From Vicugna vicugna (taxonomy: Eukaryota): DNA of 64,000 nucleotides. A model generated the notes under the pieces. It was given only the letters and a program-made list of their open reading frames with translations. It made no database searches and was not told the origin of the DNA. Below are positions 50,764 through 62,869 of the stretch, piece by piece (positions within the stretch are counted from its first letter, which is position 1; every line of letters begins with the position of its first letter). Location of the stretch: the NCBI GenBank assembly GCA_013265495.1, contig MU058213.1:3224001-3288000 (forward strand), written 5' to 3'. A program made the position numbers and the translations under genes.

Positions 50764-53524
50764 GATTTGTTTTAATATAGCCACACTAGTGGGCATGAAA
50801 TGGTATCTCCTTGTGCTTAATTTGCATTTCTAAAATTACTAATCATATTAACCATCTTTTCATGTATTTATTGACCATTTATATATCTTCTTTGAAGAAA
50901 TGCCTATTCAAATGCCTATTTTTTCAGTTAAACTGTTTGTCTTTTTTGTTAAGTTTTAAGAATTCTTTATACTTAGTATATACTTTATCCTTAGTATATA
51001 TTAGAATCTTATCAGATACATGATTTGCAAATATGTCCTTTAACACACATAAGTTTTTAATTCTGATGAAGTCCAACTTACCTATTTTTGCTCTGTTGCT
51101 TGAATAAAACTAGGTTTATCTACTTCTAAGATACTATTTTGCCTCCCTAAAATCTTATGCATATACTGTCTTCCTCGGTGGCCCACAAAAGGCAAAAATG
51201 GAAACTTCTGGTTCAAACTAAAGGAACTCTTATCTTAGTATTATGTATAAAAAATAATCACTATGTTGTACACTTCAAACTAATATAATATTGTAAATCA
51301 ACTATACTTCAATTAAAAAAACACAAATAGAGAAAGATATACACATTTCATTAAATTAAAATATAGTTGTGATCATTAAATTTTTTTAAATAAAAAAATA
51401 ATAAAGGAAATCCTATCTTTTAATTCTAATTTGATGTGGTAATCCCATCTGAGTAAACGTAAGTAAAGAATTATAGAAAGATCCAGTCAACCCCTTAAGG
51501 TCATTTGTTCAAAACTGGATGGTTCAGGAATGACTAAGTCTATCACTAATTTATAACTATTCAGTAGCCTATATAAAATGAACTGATGAGTTCATATTAA
51601 CAATTTGTATGCAGTTTTCCACAACAGTATATGCTAACATACTGAACACAGAGAAGTCTTGTCCTTGAATCTGAACACCTAGAAATTCTGATGAGTCTCA
51701 TACAGAAAAGAATTAGCAATGGTCTCGAAGTCAAATAATAAAGTGGTCACATAAATAAACAAAGGGGCGAAATATCAAAGTCCTGTCTTTCCTAACATCT
51801 GTTACGGCTATTTCATTACAACAAAAACATAAATTAAAAAAGGTAATTCTTAAAAATAAAACTATTAACAAATAAGCTTCTAATCTAGAATATATAAATT
51901 ACCATTCACAACACTGTTAAAACTATTGGATAACTATAATTTTACAATTAAAATTCTGTAATTTTAATGTACAGATGGACAAAATGTACTCTTAATGGTT
52001 AGTACTGACATCTCTGTTTACTTTCTAAAACTTTTAATAATAATTGCTTATACTTACTATAAGGCAAAACTCTGACATTTGAAATCATTTGTATAAATTC
52101 ATTATTTCCAAGTAATCTGTGAGAAAAACCATGTAAAATTCTTTTTTGAAAATTGAATTTTATGGTATTAAATTTTTTTACTTAAGAGTCTAATATTTCC
52201 CTCAATAAAACAAATCCTGAAGTTCTCACTGATCTCTGTTGCCCCCCTATTGTTCATCTAAAGGGTTAACTACATAACACTTTCAGTGGCTCTGACTCCT
52301 GACCTTACCTAGGTCCTTCCTGCTTCTACCTGCAATACTGGTGGTTCTGTCATCTCCATGATGTAATAAGTAATGTTAGATCAGATTCATGGTCAGCAGG
52401 GCTAATTAGAATATACGCTATCAAGAATTTCTGTAACTCTTACTCTTTAAAAAAAAAGTAAAAAAAGTACAACGTCAGAATCCTGGGGAGCGGAAAGTAG
52501 TGGTTAAAGAGCTAGTTATTTAAGTTATCCTAATTAATTTCGGTACCAAAGTTTCTCTTTATCTGCTCTACGTATCTGCTGCTGCCAACTCTACAAGTAG
52601 ACCACGACAATTCATCCAGATATTGAGAGTGGTGGGGCACAGAACCAAGAAAAAGGGGACTTCTAAAGCTTACTGTAAGAATGGCCACTCTAATCCTTTT
52701 GTTAATATTTCAATGTCTTCACCTCATCTCTTCACTCCTACCTGCCCAGTGCCCTCTGCATGCATAAGGGGAACAGAAGTGGGAAAGGGTGATGTCAACA
52801 ATAGAAAAAGAAACCTCTCCCATCTTAAGAAAGCTACGGAATTTCATCTTTCTGTCTATATATTATCACCCCTCATCATGCAAATCACTTCAACAAAATA
52901 ATACCTCTCCTCTCACCCTTTAACCTTTATCCAGAGCTGGAAGCTGAAGTTGTTTCTCTCCTTACAGGCTTACAAGAGAGTCCAACCTAGTAAATGAAGC
53001 AATTTTTTCCCATCTAAAGAGTCTACAAATTAATGATTTTTTGATATGAAATCCATTTATAAGTATAAAGTTATTTTTTCTATTTGTAGGTACTTTTTAT
53101 GTTGTAAAGAGTGGATTATTTACTTGAGGCCTTTTATGTATTTTTTTGTTTTTAGATCTAGTTACAACTCCTTTATTCTTCCTATTAAAGACTCAATCTA
53201 AAAAAAAAAAGACTCAATCTATTTTGGCTCCAAGTCCTTAAAAGGGAGGAGAGCATTATTCAGTACACTAGATAGCAGTGTGCCTTTTATATATTTAAAA
53301 TTTTCCTTTTTAAAACTCACTTTATTCACAATAATGGTTTGGTTTATGATAGTAACTGTTCTCGTAAGTAATGTCACTGCATTATTTTAATATAAAAATA
53401 GTTTATAATTAATATTTTCCTTTAAACAGACTTGCTTCATCATTATTCCAAGTAAGTGTGTATTCTCATATGTGTAAGTACTGGTATAAGTATGTATTCT
53501 AGGCTGATTAAATGACACAAACCA

Positions 53525-53856
53525 GGTTTTCCCCCAAAATTCCTATGTTGAAATCCTAACCCCTCAATGTGATAGTACTAGGAAGTCGGGCCTTCAGTAG
53601 ATGATTAGGTCCTGAGGGAATTAGTGCCCTTATAAAACAGACCTGGGAGTGCTCCCTCTCCCCTTCCACATGTTAGGACAGAGTAAGGAGACTGCTATCT
53701 ATGAACCATGAAACGAGTCTTCATCAGACACCAAATCTGCTAGCACCTTGATCTTGGACTTTCTAGCCTCCAGAATTCTAACAAATAAAATATCCATTGT
53801 TTAAAAGCCACCCAGTCTATGGTGTTCTGCTACAGCAGCCCAAGCAGACTAAGACA
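53525..53856 (+). mobile_element. MaLR solo LTR (MLT1A-like)
   Basis: CCCCCAAAATTCCTATGTTGAAATCCTAACCC...CACCTTGATCTTGGACTTTCTAGCCTCCAGAA...GACTAAGACA. Confidence 0.82.
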
Positions 53857-54989
53857 GTGCCTAACACACTGCCTGGCACACAGTGAGCACTCAAATATTA
53901 GTTCTCATTTTGCTTTCCTTTAGATTAGACTATACCATTAGCACACTTCATTTCAGTTTCTATAGTACTTAACATCCCATCAAAACATCTAATAGCCAGT
54001 AGTGTCAAAACAATCAGTGGACCTCCAAATATTAGTTATTCACAATAGCACAGAAGTCTGGGATATAATGTCAGTTTATTCTATTGTTTACTATAGATGT
54101 GAGTATCTTAGCTAACAGCTGTGTCTTCACCTGAAACACATACTTCTGAAATACTGGTCTCTACCTTGGGATGGAAATATTGTGAATTAATATGTGAATA
54201 GAGTATTGTATGAATTCCATCAAGCATTTGGCAAAATGGCCTTATGAGATTGAAAAGAAAGAGCCATTATTTCCTTTGAGAATTGAGGCAGAAAGTGTCC
54301 ACTATGTGATGCCCCAAATCTGGATCAATTTGGGCATGACATAAATATCAAATTCAGAAAGCCCTCAACGTCAGTGATTTAAGGTTTCAAATGTTTGTGG
54401 TTCCTGTGCCAGGTGTTCTCTCCAAACTAATGATCTTTGCATTGCTGAGGTGCATGAGCTTTAAGGCTGTTCACAAAAGTAAAGCTAGGAGGGCAGGTGG
54501 ATAGTGTCCATGTGTGAAGCTGACTCTATACAATAATACTTCTAATAATACACTTATTTTATTAGCAAAGTCAAATTTTTAAACAGACTACTTCAGAAAT
54601 CATGGAGAACAAAGCTGCAGTTATGCACAAAAATCATGTGGTAAACAGCTTACACTTGTCTTTTTCAGCTAAACTGTGAGATCTGAGCAGTTTCTGCTTT
54701 TACAGTTTTTGTTGCTGTTCATTATATTCTTCCTAGAGTGAAGGAACCTTCATTTTTGTTCACTTCATATCCACACTCAACTGAAACAAGAAAGAATATG
54801 TTGTAGGCCATTTGATTGATTAATTGATTAAATATACCTAAAAGTGAATGTTGATCAGATTACTTATTTTCTTTTAGAATGTATATTTTAGAGCTTCTAT
54901 TTCTGAATTTAAAGGTAAAACATGCAGATAACTTACAATGTACCAGACACCATTTTAAGTGCAACCATTCCAATCAACCATTCCAATCC

Positions 54990-55140
54990 TTCAAGCCACG
55001 CTATGAAATAAATCCTGTTATTATTCTCATTTTGCAGCTGAGGAAACTGATGGAGGAGAGGTTAAGTAACTTGCTAAAAAACACACAGCTAGTAAACAGT
55101 AGAGCTGGGATAAGAACCCTGGCAGCCAAGCTGCAGAGTC
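54990..55140 (-). mobile_element. MIR SINE
   Basis: CATTTTGCAGCTGAGGAAACTGA...GAGGTTAAGTAACTTGC...ACACAGCTAGTAA. Confidence 0.8.
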
Positions 55141-55999
55141 AAAATGCTGCACTGTTTCTCAATATTGCTATTAGCATGTCTACAGAGACTGGGAATAGGA
55201 AAGGAGACTCCTGACCATCCCTTATGGCAAACCCTGAAGGTAAAGATGACTTCGACCTCTTCAGTTGCCTGGAATAAGAGTGCTGGAAGAGAGAATTGTA
55301 TAATCTTCACAAGAGGTAACTCCTCCACAACTCTGGGGAAAGTAAACTAAATTACCTGAAGTTACTGAAACCTTTTTGTTAACATTCATCAAATTAGATT
55401 TTAGAAACATCTGCTGAGCTTCCATAAGCACAGAAATAAAAGCAATGATTCCTCCCTGTAAGGATTCCATAAATTTAGAGGAAATAATTTTTTCTTTCTT
55501 TTTTTGGAAACCCTTAAATTTAATGTGATAAATACGATGACAGATGAGGACTGGATGTCGAGGGAATATGAGGAACTCCCATCTAATCTTGACTGAGGGA
55601 GGAGCATCAGCAAAGACAAGCTGAGAGGTTTCAACAGAGCTGATGCTTTAAGAATGAGTGAGTATCTTAACAAAGCTGGGGAAAAAAGAGGTTGTATCCA
55701 GCAGAAGGAACAGAATGTGCAAAGAAAAATTTAAAGGCAAGAGAGATCATGACAACATCTAGAGATGAAATGTGAGTATTTCAGAACTGGAGCACGAGAG
55801 ACAAGGGCGAGCACTTCATGGAATATGAAGGATGGAAGACTAAGTGGTAGGCCTGTGCCAAGTGAAAATACAAGGAGGTTGGACTGGGTTAATAGAAAAA
55901 GGTTGGATTTTTATCCTAAATGCAATGGGGAACCACTAAAGAATTTTACAAGGAAGAGTAATATGACTAAGTTGTGTCTGGAGAGCACTATGGCAATAG

Positions 56000-56250
56000 A
56001 ACATAGTGGCCAAGATTTAGAGCCCTAGAATTTAAGATCTAGCTTTGCCACTTACTAGCTGGGTAAACTTGAATATGTTACTTAACCACATATTACTTAA
56101 CCTCTCTGAGCATCAATTCCTCAACTGTAAACCTAGAATGATAATAACATCTCACTTACAGGGTTATTGAGAGAATTAAGCAAGATGATCCATTTAAACT
56201 ACTTAGCAAACTGCTTGGTATCTACTCAAAAGATGGTAGTTATTTATCAC
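56000..56250 (+). mobile_element. MIR SINE
   Basis: TTTGCCACTTACTAGCTGGGT...TTACTTAACCTCTCTGAGCATCAATTCCTCAACTGTAAA. Confidence 0.78.
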
Positions 56251-56357
56251 CAGCAGTAAGTAGCATTGTGGGAAATGGGTTAAGAAAGACAAAAAAGGGG
56301 GGTCATGGAAACCATGGCTGTGGAAAGGCTGAGGAGATGATGGGTTCAAAAACTAAA

Positions 56358-56440
56358 GCGGGAGGGTATAGATAGGTATGTGCTTAGCATACACAAGGTC
56401 TGGGTTCAATCTCCAGTATTTCCATTAAAAAAAAAACAAA
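56358..56440 (+). mobile_element. tRNA-derived SINE, internally deleted
   Basis: GGGAGGGTATAG...TGCTTAGCATACACAAGGTCTGGGTTCAATCTCCAGTA + A tail. Confidence 0.8.
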
Positions 56441-58827
56441 CCAAGACCGAGAATCCAGGATAATCTCGGACTTCAGAACAGTGTTGAGTAAGTGGGGGAT
56501 GCGTTTGGGTCACTAGATAAACAATGTTCATCAAGTTAGGGGATATGGGAGACTGAGCATGCTGAACGTCTCACAGATAGACACCTTTCATCCAACTTGT
56601 TAAAAACAAAATCCATTTATCTCCCCCTCATAAATTTACTCTTCTTTTTACCTACCTGTGACACCACTGTCCTATGTTTTTCTCCTCCACCTCTCTGGCT
56701 ACTCCTTCACATCAAGTTTTTCAGAGTCCTCGTGTCTCTTTTTATTTCCTAAATGTGAGTGTTCCCGAAGTTGTTTTTCTCAATGCTTTTCTCACATTTC
56801 ACTCTCTTGGGTGAGCTCATCTACTCCCAGGGCATCAATTAGTATTCACATGTTTACGGATAACTTCCAGATCTCTATTTCTGGCTCAGACCACCTGCCT
56901 CAGTTCCAAGCCATGTATATCCGCTGCATACCCTGGAACATCCCAGAGGGATATTTATTCAGTGTGTCGAAAACCAAATTCACTTTCCTGACAATCTGCC
57001 TAGCCTTACTTGTGCTAATTAAAAAACAACACAAAACAACAACAACAAAAAAACCCAATCCTTTCCTTTAGACTTATTCTCACTGGCTCTTCTCAATTCT
57101 GTGACTATGTAAATTATGCTTCCTCTTCAATCTTAATCCAGATCTTCCATACACTGCTCTGATCAAGACAGTCTATATTTCTTAGTAAAGTCTACTTTTA
57201 GTACTTTTGCAACATTTGTTATTATTCCACTCTAAAATACATCCTTACCTCTCCAATGTCATTTTTAACTCTGGTTAAAAGCATTTCACCTGAGGGTGCA
57301 AGCTTTTAAAAGCAGATAGGTCTTTAATCACTTTTGCCTCATGAATAGTGAAACCTCTGTTTCTACTCAAGAATTATCACTTGTTCATAGTCCAGATGGA
57401 ATTATCTTAATACTATAGAGTGTTCAGTGTATTTCTGATACAACTCATAAAAGTTTGCTGTCATAATTTCTTCAGGCAAAATTAGTAACAAATCAGACAA
57501 TTGTGTGGCATTTATGCCAAAAAAAAGCATTTTATCTGAAATGAATGCTTCAACTTCCTTTAAATTTAAATTCCTTTAAATCTTTAAATTTCTGTTTTTC
57601 TGCCTTCATTTTCTCTTTTTTGTCCAAGAGTACTTCTTCTTTTGCATCCTTGGTGCTACTCCCCTTCTCTCATATGCAGAAACCTAACTTAGGAGAACAG
57701 GAGCCTCATCTGTCTCATGCCTGGCTTCCGGAACAGTGAGTGCCTAGCACATAGTAGATACTTAAAAACATGTACTGAATGCTTTATTAATGAGTTAGCC
57801 CCTCTTTCTGTTGCCTTTTCAGTTTCTCCCCTCTCCCACTATATCAGGTTCTTCTGTAAGTCTACAAATAAGTCTTTTTTTTTCAAGGGAGAAAAAATAA
57901 AGAGAACCTATATAAACTTTCTCTTGATTCTGTCTTTCCAAGTTATTGACTATGTCTTTCTTTCTACCACCAAGCTTCATTTAAATCACATCTTCACCAC
58001 TTAATATTCATAGCTTTGAAATGTGGTTTTCTTCCAAAAGTGCCTTCTCAAAATCATCATTGACTTCCCAGACCTTTTTCTCATCCCTCACCCTCCTTGC
58101 TGCTCTTTCTGCATCATTTCAAACAAAGGAACTCTCACTGCTTCTTAGGACTCTCCTCTAGGAGACCTTCCTTGATTCCCTTAAAGATAGGTTATATGCT
58201 CCTTTATTTCCTGTAGATGATCATAGTTCTTATCGTACTGTTTGTAACTGATTACTTATTTGTCAGTATCCTAGACTAGACTAAAAGTTCTTGAAGACAG
58301 GTGATACGTCATCTTAATCAATGTATTTCCACTGTCTGGTACTACGACTGCCCAACAAATGCTTATTGAATAAACGAATGGGTATGGTCATCAGATCAAT
58401 ACCTAAGAGTTCTAAGAAAACCGGATACTGGGAGTGTTGGTTAGAATAAGGATGACAGGTAACATTCTAAGGGAAAAGGGCAAATAAATCAAAAGTAGTG
58501 TGAGGGGCTACGACAATTCAAAAGCAGCATAAAGATACGAATGAGTTTCTTCGTGTAGTGCCTCATTCATTCATTTGGTATTTACTGTGGGCAAGGCAAT
58601 TAGGGAAGAAATAAAAAGATAATCAAGATGCTGAACCTATCTATCCTCATGGATCTGGCTTATGTCCAAAGGTTGAAGGTCTGGGGTTGTAACTGATAGG
58701 AAACAGGAGTAAGATACTTTGCCACTAAATAGCAATTCTGAATCTAATATTAAAATATCAGGACAAGTTTGGAAAACCACAAATCAGCCTCCTATGGTCC
58801 ACTCACCTTTGCAATCTAGGTTTACCA

Positions 58828-58992
58828 GGAGAGGTTCTCAAACGTCAAGGGAGATAAGGAACCCCTGGGGATCTTGTCAAAGATGTAGAGAAATCTCTCA
58901 GAATTCCTGATTCTTTGGGTCCAGGAACCTACATTTCTAATACGCAACCCAGAGAAGTATGATGCTCTTGGTCTACAGAGTGTACTACTGTA
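58828..58992. mobile_element. MER5A-like hAT element
   Basis: GGTTCTCAAAC...CCCCTGGGGATCTTGTCAAA...CCAGGAACCTACATTTCTAA. Confidence 0.6.
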
Positions 58993-59475
58993 AAGCCCTT
59001 AGTCAATCATGTTGTCATAAGTTTGCCGTATCTGAGTTACACCTTTATTTTCTAATAATTCATTTAAATTGAAAAAAATATAGATCTCTCTCTCTATACA
59101 GATACATATATATAATGTATACCTATCTATCTAAATATCTTAGTCTTATCCTAAGCAAGAGGTTGGATGACTTTCATTTTTTATAATATTCATGAAATAA
59201 ATGCATAATAATTAAAGTCTGTCTATATACATCAGTGGATGAGAAAGTTTGAGATGTTCAAGAGTTTATGCTCTGCAAACATCACATCCTGCCTGCAGTC
59301 TGATGATACAAATTGCAACTAAAAGCTCCAGGGCGGTGAAGTTCAGCAGAACTGTGCTTCAGAAGAGCTTATGTAGATATTCTGGTACCTTTTATGGATT
59401 ATAAAATAATTTTTAAATGTTTTAAAAATTAATGCTCTAATTAATACAAAATGACTTATTATAAAAACCCCTCTT

Positions 59476-59600
59476 GGGGGGGTATAGTTCAAGTGGTAAG
59501 GCATATGCTTAGCATGCATGAGGTCCTGGGTTCAATCTCCAGTACATCTTCTAAGAATAAATGCATACATAAACTAATTACCTCCCCCACCAAAAAAAAA
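59476..59600 (+). mobile_element. tRNA-derived SINE, same family
   Basis: GGGGGGTATAGTTCAAGTGGT...CCTGGGTTCAATCTCC; A tail; TSD AAAAACCC(C)TCTT. Confidence 0.88.
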
Positions 59601-60409
59601 AAACCCTCTTCCTATTCTAAAAAGTGCTTTGCCTTTTAAAAAAAAGGGTTTTTTTACTTTTTATTTTGAAATAAATGTACTTACATTTTTATCGTAATAC
59701 TTTTTATTTAGACAATTTGACTCTATATGCTCCTTTCATCTGGAAGTGCTTTGTCTTTTTATTCTGGTACTTAACTCAGAATATTCTTGAGTTGACACCT
59801 GAGCCAACTCCCAACAGGTAAGGCAGCAAACTTAAAAGCAGCAGTTGTAACAAAATGAAGGTGGATCTGTGCTCTTGACACACAATAAAATAGCTATCTA
59901 TTCTATTTAAAATTACATATGATTAAGACTGATAATTGAGTTCAAAGGTATAATCTTGATAACACTTTCTTTTTCTTCAACTCCAAAGTAATTTATAATA
60001 ATAGGCAAAATAGCACAGCAAACTCATCAAAGTCTATCTCAGAAACGTCTATTCCTCAAAGCCTTTGGCGACTTAAAACCACACACAGAAAGAAAGCTGA
60101 AATAGAAAACTTTCACAAAATGAAAGACTGTGCTGGTATTAAGGCTGTAAAAACAATATTCTGTTCTAAATTATGTTTTTGCTTAAACGGCTAAGAAAAT
60201 CAATCTCTACTGAAATACTCAAGTGATGTTATTTGGATATCACACTGTCATTGCATCACAAGCCAGTTCTGTAGGTTTAATCTCTACTCACAAGGTACGA
60301 AAACACAGACGAATGTTTGTGGTCCTTGATCTCTACATCACTTAAAGTCAAGTGGGAATTTACCTTACTACTTACTTATAAAGCACTTTATCCCGTTTAG
60401 ATGAAAGGA

Positions 60410-61045
60410 TTATTACAATGGCCTCCTAACTAGCCTCTCGACTTCAGCCCTTGTTCTCTACAGTCTACTCCGCACACAATAGTCAGTTACAAGTGTAAGT
60501 CAGTTCAGTCACTCTTGTGCACAAAACCATCCAGACCCTATCTTCGAGTGAAAGCCACAATCTTTTAAATGGCTCACAAGGCCCCCAACACACAATCACC
60601 CTACCCTTCAGTTCAGCTCACACTACTCTCCCTTTGCTCACTCCACGTCAGTTACAGTAGCTTCTTTGCAGTTGCTTGAATACACTAGGCAAATTCCTGA
60701 CTCAGGGCCTTTGCACTTGCTGTTCCTTTGACCAAGTCTGCTGTTCCCACACATACCCACGTGGCTTTGCTCCTGTTGGGTCTTTGCTCAAACATCATCT
60801 TCCAGGTGAGCCCTCTTGCATATATATAATCACTACCTCCTCACTTCCACACGTTTTCCCTGCTTTGATTTTCTCCAAAGCGTTTACCATTTGACATTCT
60901 ATACCTTTCATTTGTTTGTTTACCCAACGAGAGTGTGCACTCCTGCAGAGTGAAGGTCTTTTTGCTTTGTTCACTCTGGTATCCCAGTGCCAAGAACAGT
61001 GCCTAGCACACAGTAGTTGTTCAATAAATATTTGCTTAATGAACA
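60410..61045 (+). mobile_element. L2a LINE 3' part
   Basis: CTCAGGGCCTTTGCACTTGCTGTTCC...CAGTGCCTAGCACACAGTAGTTGTTCAATAAATATTTGCTTAATGAA. Confidence 0.8.
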
Positions 61046-61840
61046 AACAGTACGACTTCAACTTTGGGACTTTCAGCCTTAACCCTACTAAAAGCTGGAA
61101 ACAAGAGCTGGAGGATATTCCCCAAATTTCCAGACGGCACTCGGTGTCTGTGAACTTAACGTGCATTCTTTTGTCTGGTACATCGTTCCCTCTGATTTTT
61201 CTTAGACAGTCTGGCAGCAGGAAAATTCCTAACTAGTGTGCGAGGAAGAAGCAAACCGATCGTGTATAAAACAGATCTGGGGCGATTTGATTCTTATCCA
61301 TAAACCAATAGAGAAAAGCCTTTTGAATGAATAGTTTCTCCTCCTAAGCCTAAGGAAAATAAGCTGTCTGTTGCCTTTTGAGGGTGGGAAGGGGGGCTGG
61401 GAGAGACGCAAAGGCCCCCTGCACCTTCTTCGAGAGCGTCAACTCCGGCGCGGTCCAACTTACTTTCCGGGGGGGTGGGCATCGTCCGTGGTCTCTGCCA
61501 GGGGGTGTTTCTTTCTCACCCTCTGGGCTGCCTATTGTGCCTGTCTGGCGAATGGGGTGAGGTGGGCGAGGAGCGGGCTATGAAGGGATGCGGAGTGAGG
61601 CTTCAAGTGCCTCCTAACACAAAGTCGGGGCGGCGAGGGCTCGGCGCGGAGGTCTCCGGGGCGGCCGGGCTCCGGGGCCGCGCGCCTCCGACCGCAGCCC
61701 GGGCCCCGGGGCGCAGGCGGGACGCGGGCGGCGCGGAGTTAGGCCCGGACAGAGCCCCGTGGCCTCCCAGCGGCCGGGCACGCGGCCCCCGCGCGCCCCG
61801 CTCACCCCGCTCCCCGCCATCCGGCGCCCTTCTCGGTTAC

Positions 61841-61889
61841 CTCGAACTCTCTTCAGCGAAATGGGATCCTTCTCCTGTTCTGCTGACAT
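61841..61889 (-). CDS. PYGO1: PYGO1 first coding exon (MSAEQ isoform)
   Basis: ATG at 61889; MSAEQEKDPISLKRVR G|gtaacc; 49 nt, phase 1, fits exon 2; total CDS 49+86+1125 = 1260 nt = 419 aa + stop. Confidence 0.93.
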
Positions 61890-61906
61890 TACAGACCGCA
61901 AAGCAT
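61889..61906 (-). other. uORF MLCGL* whose stop overlaps the PYGO1 start
   Basis: Minus strand GTC ATG CTT TGC GGT CTG TAA TG: the last A of TAA is the A of the main ATG. Confidence 0.7.
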
Positions 61907-62820
61907 GACTCCCCCCCAGGCCGCGGGAATTCGGTCTCTTTGATGCGGCGGCGGCGGCTCCTCCTCCTCCTCGCGGGGCCGCTGCGGCTGCGAGGCGAGC
62001 CTCCGAGCCGAGGCGCGGCCGAGGGCGGCGGGGCCGCGGGCCGACTTTGCAAAGTTTGGGAGGAGGACGAGGCCCCGGGGCGGCCGGGCGGCGAGCGGGC
62101 ACCGGCCGGGCTCAGCGGCCGCGGCGGCAGCGCGGCCTGGGAGCGGCCCCCCACCCCGGGCCGGCGTGTGCGGAGGACGAGTGCGCCGCCGCCGCCGCCG
62201 CCTCCCACTCCTTCTTCTTCGCCGCCGCCGCCTCAGGAGCCGCTGACAGGGGAGGCGGGAGGCGGGCGGCCCGGCCCTGGCGGCGCACTCACAGCGCCCT
62301 CTGAGGAGGAGGTCTGCGCTCTCGCCGCTCCGGAGTCGCAGACACAAAAGCCCCCAGCCTGGAGCCGCCTGCAAAACCCGCTCTGGGGCGGGCGAGGGAC
62401 GTGGCGCGGCCCCGCGGCTTCCCCGCCCCGAGCTCCCCAGCCCCGCGCGGGGACGGACTTCGGGGGGCGGGGGCCGCTGCCTCGTCCCGCCGCGCCTCCC
62501 GCCGCCGCCGCCGCCGCCGCCTCGCGCTCCGCCTCGGCCCAGCCCCCACGGCCCGCGCGCGCCTCTCGCTCCGCACGGGGCTGAGCGGGGCCGCGGCCCA
62601 GGCGGCCGGGGCGGGCAGCGCGCGCCGAGGGGCCGCTCTGCCCGGCCCCGCGCTGCCCCGCGTCGAGTGTTCCCCGGCCGCCGCCAGGCCCGGGGACGAC
62701 CGGCTCCGCGGCCGACGCGCTCCAGCCCGGCTTCTGCGAGGAAACGGCATCTCCGAACTTCGGCGGAGGCCGCAGCAGGCACCTTGGCTTCGCGGCCAGG
62801 GATCTGAAAGAGGAACGTAC

Positions 62821-62869
62821 GATCCGAGCAAACTTTGTAAGCGGGAGCGGGGGAGTTCTCGGCGGGCTT
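62821..62869 (-). other. PYGO1: Homologue of the alternative PYGO1 first exon (MPAENS type) lacking an ATG
   Basis: AAG CCC GCC GAG AAC...GAT C|gtacgt = KPAENSPAPAYKVCSD; 49 nt, phase 1; resembles the human MPAENSPAPAYKVSSH N-terminus (recalled). Confidence 0.65.

Noticed and set aside
62044..62055. Perfect 12-bp palindrome ACTTTGCAAAGT in the PYGO1 island
   Set aside because: Palindromes of this length are expected by chance in 64 kb; no independent support
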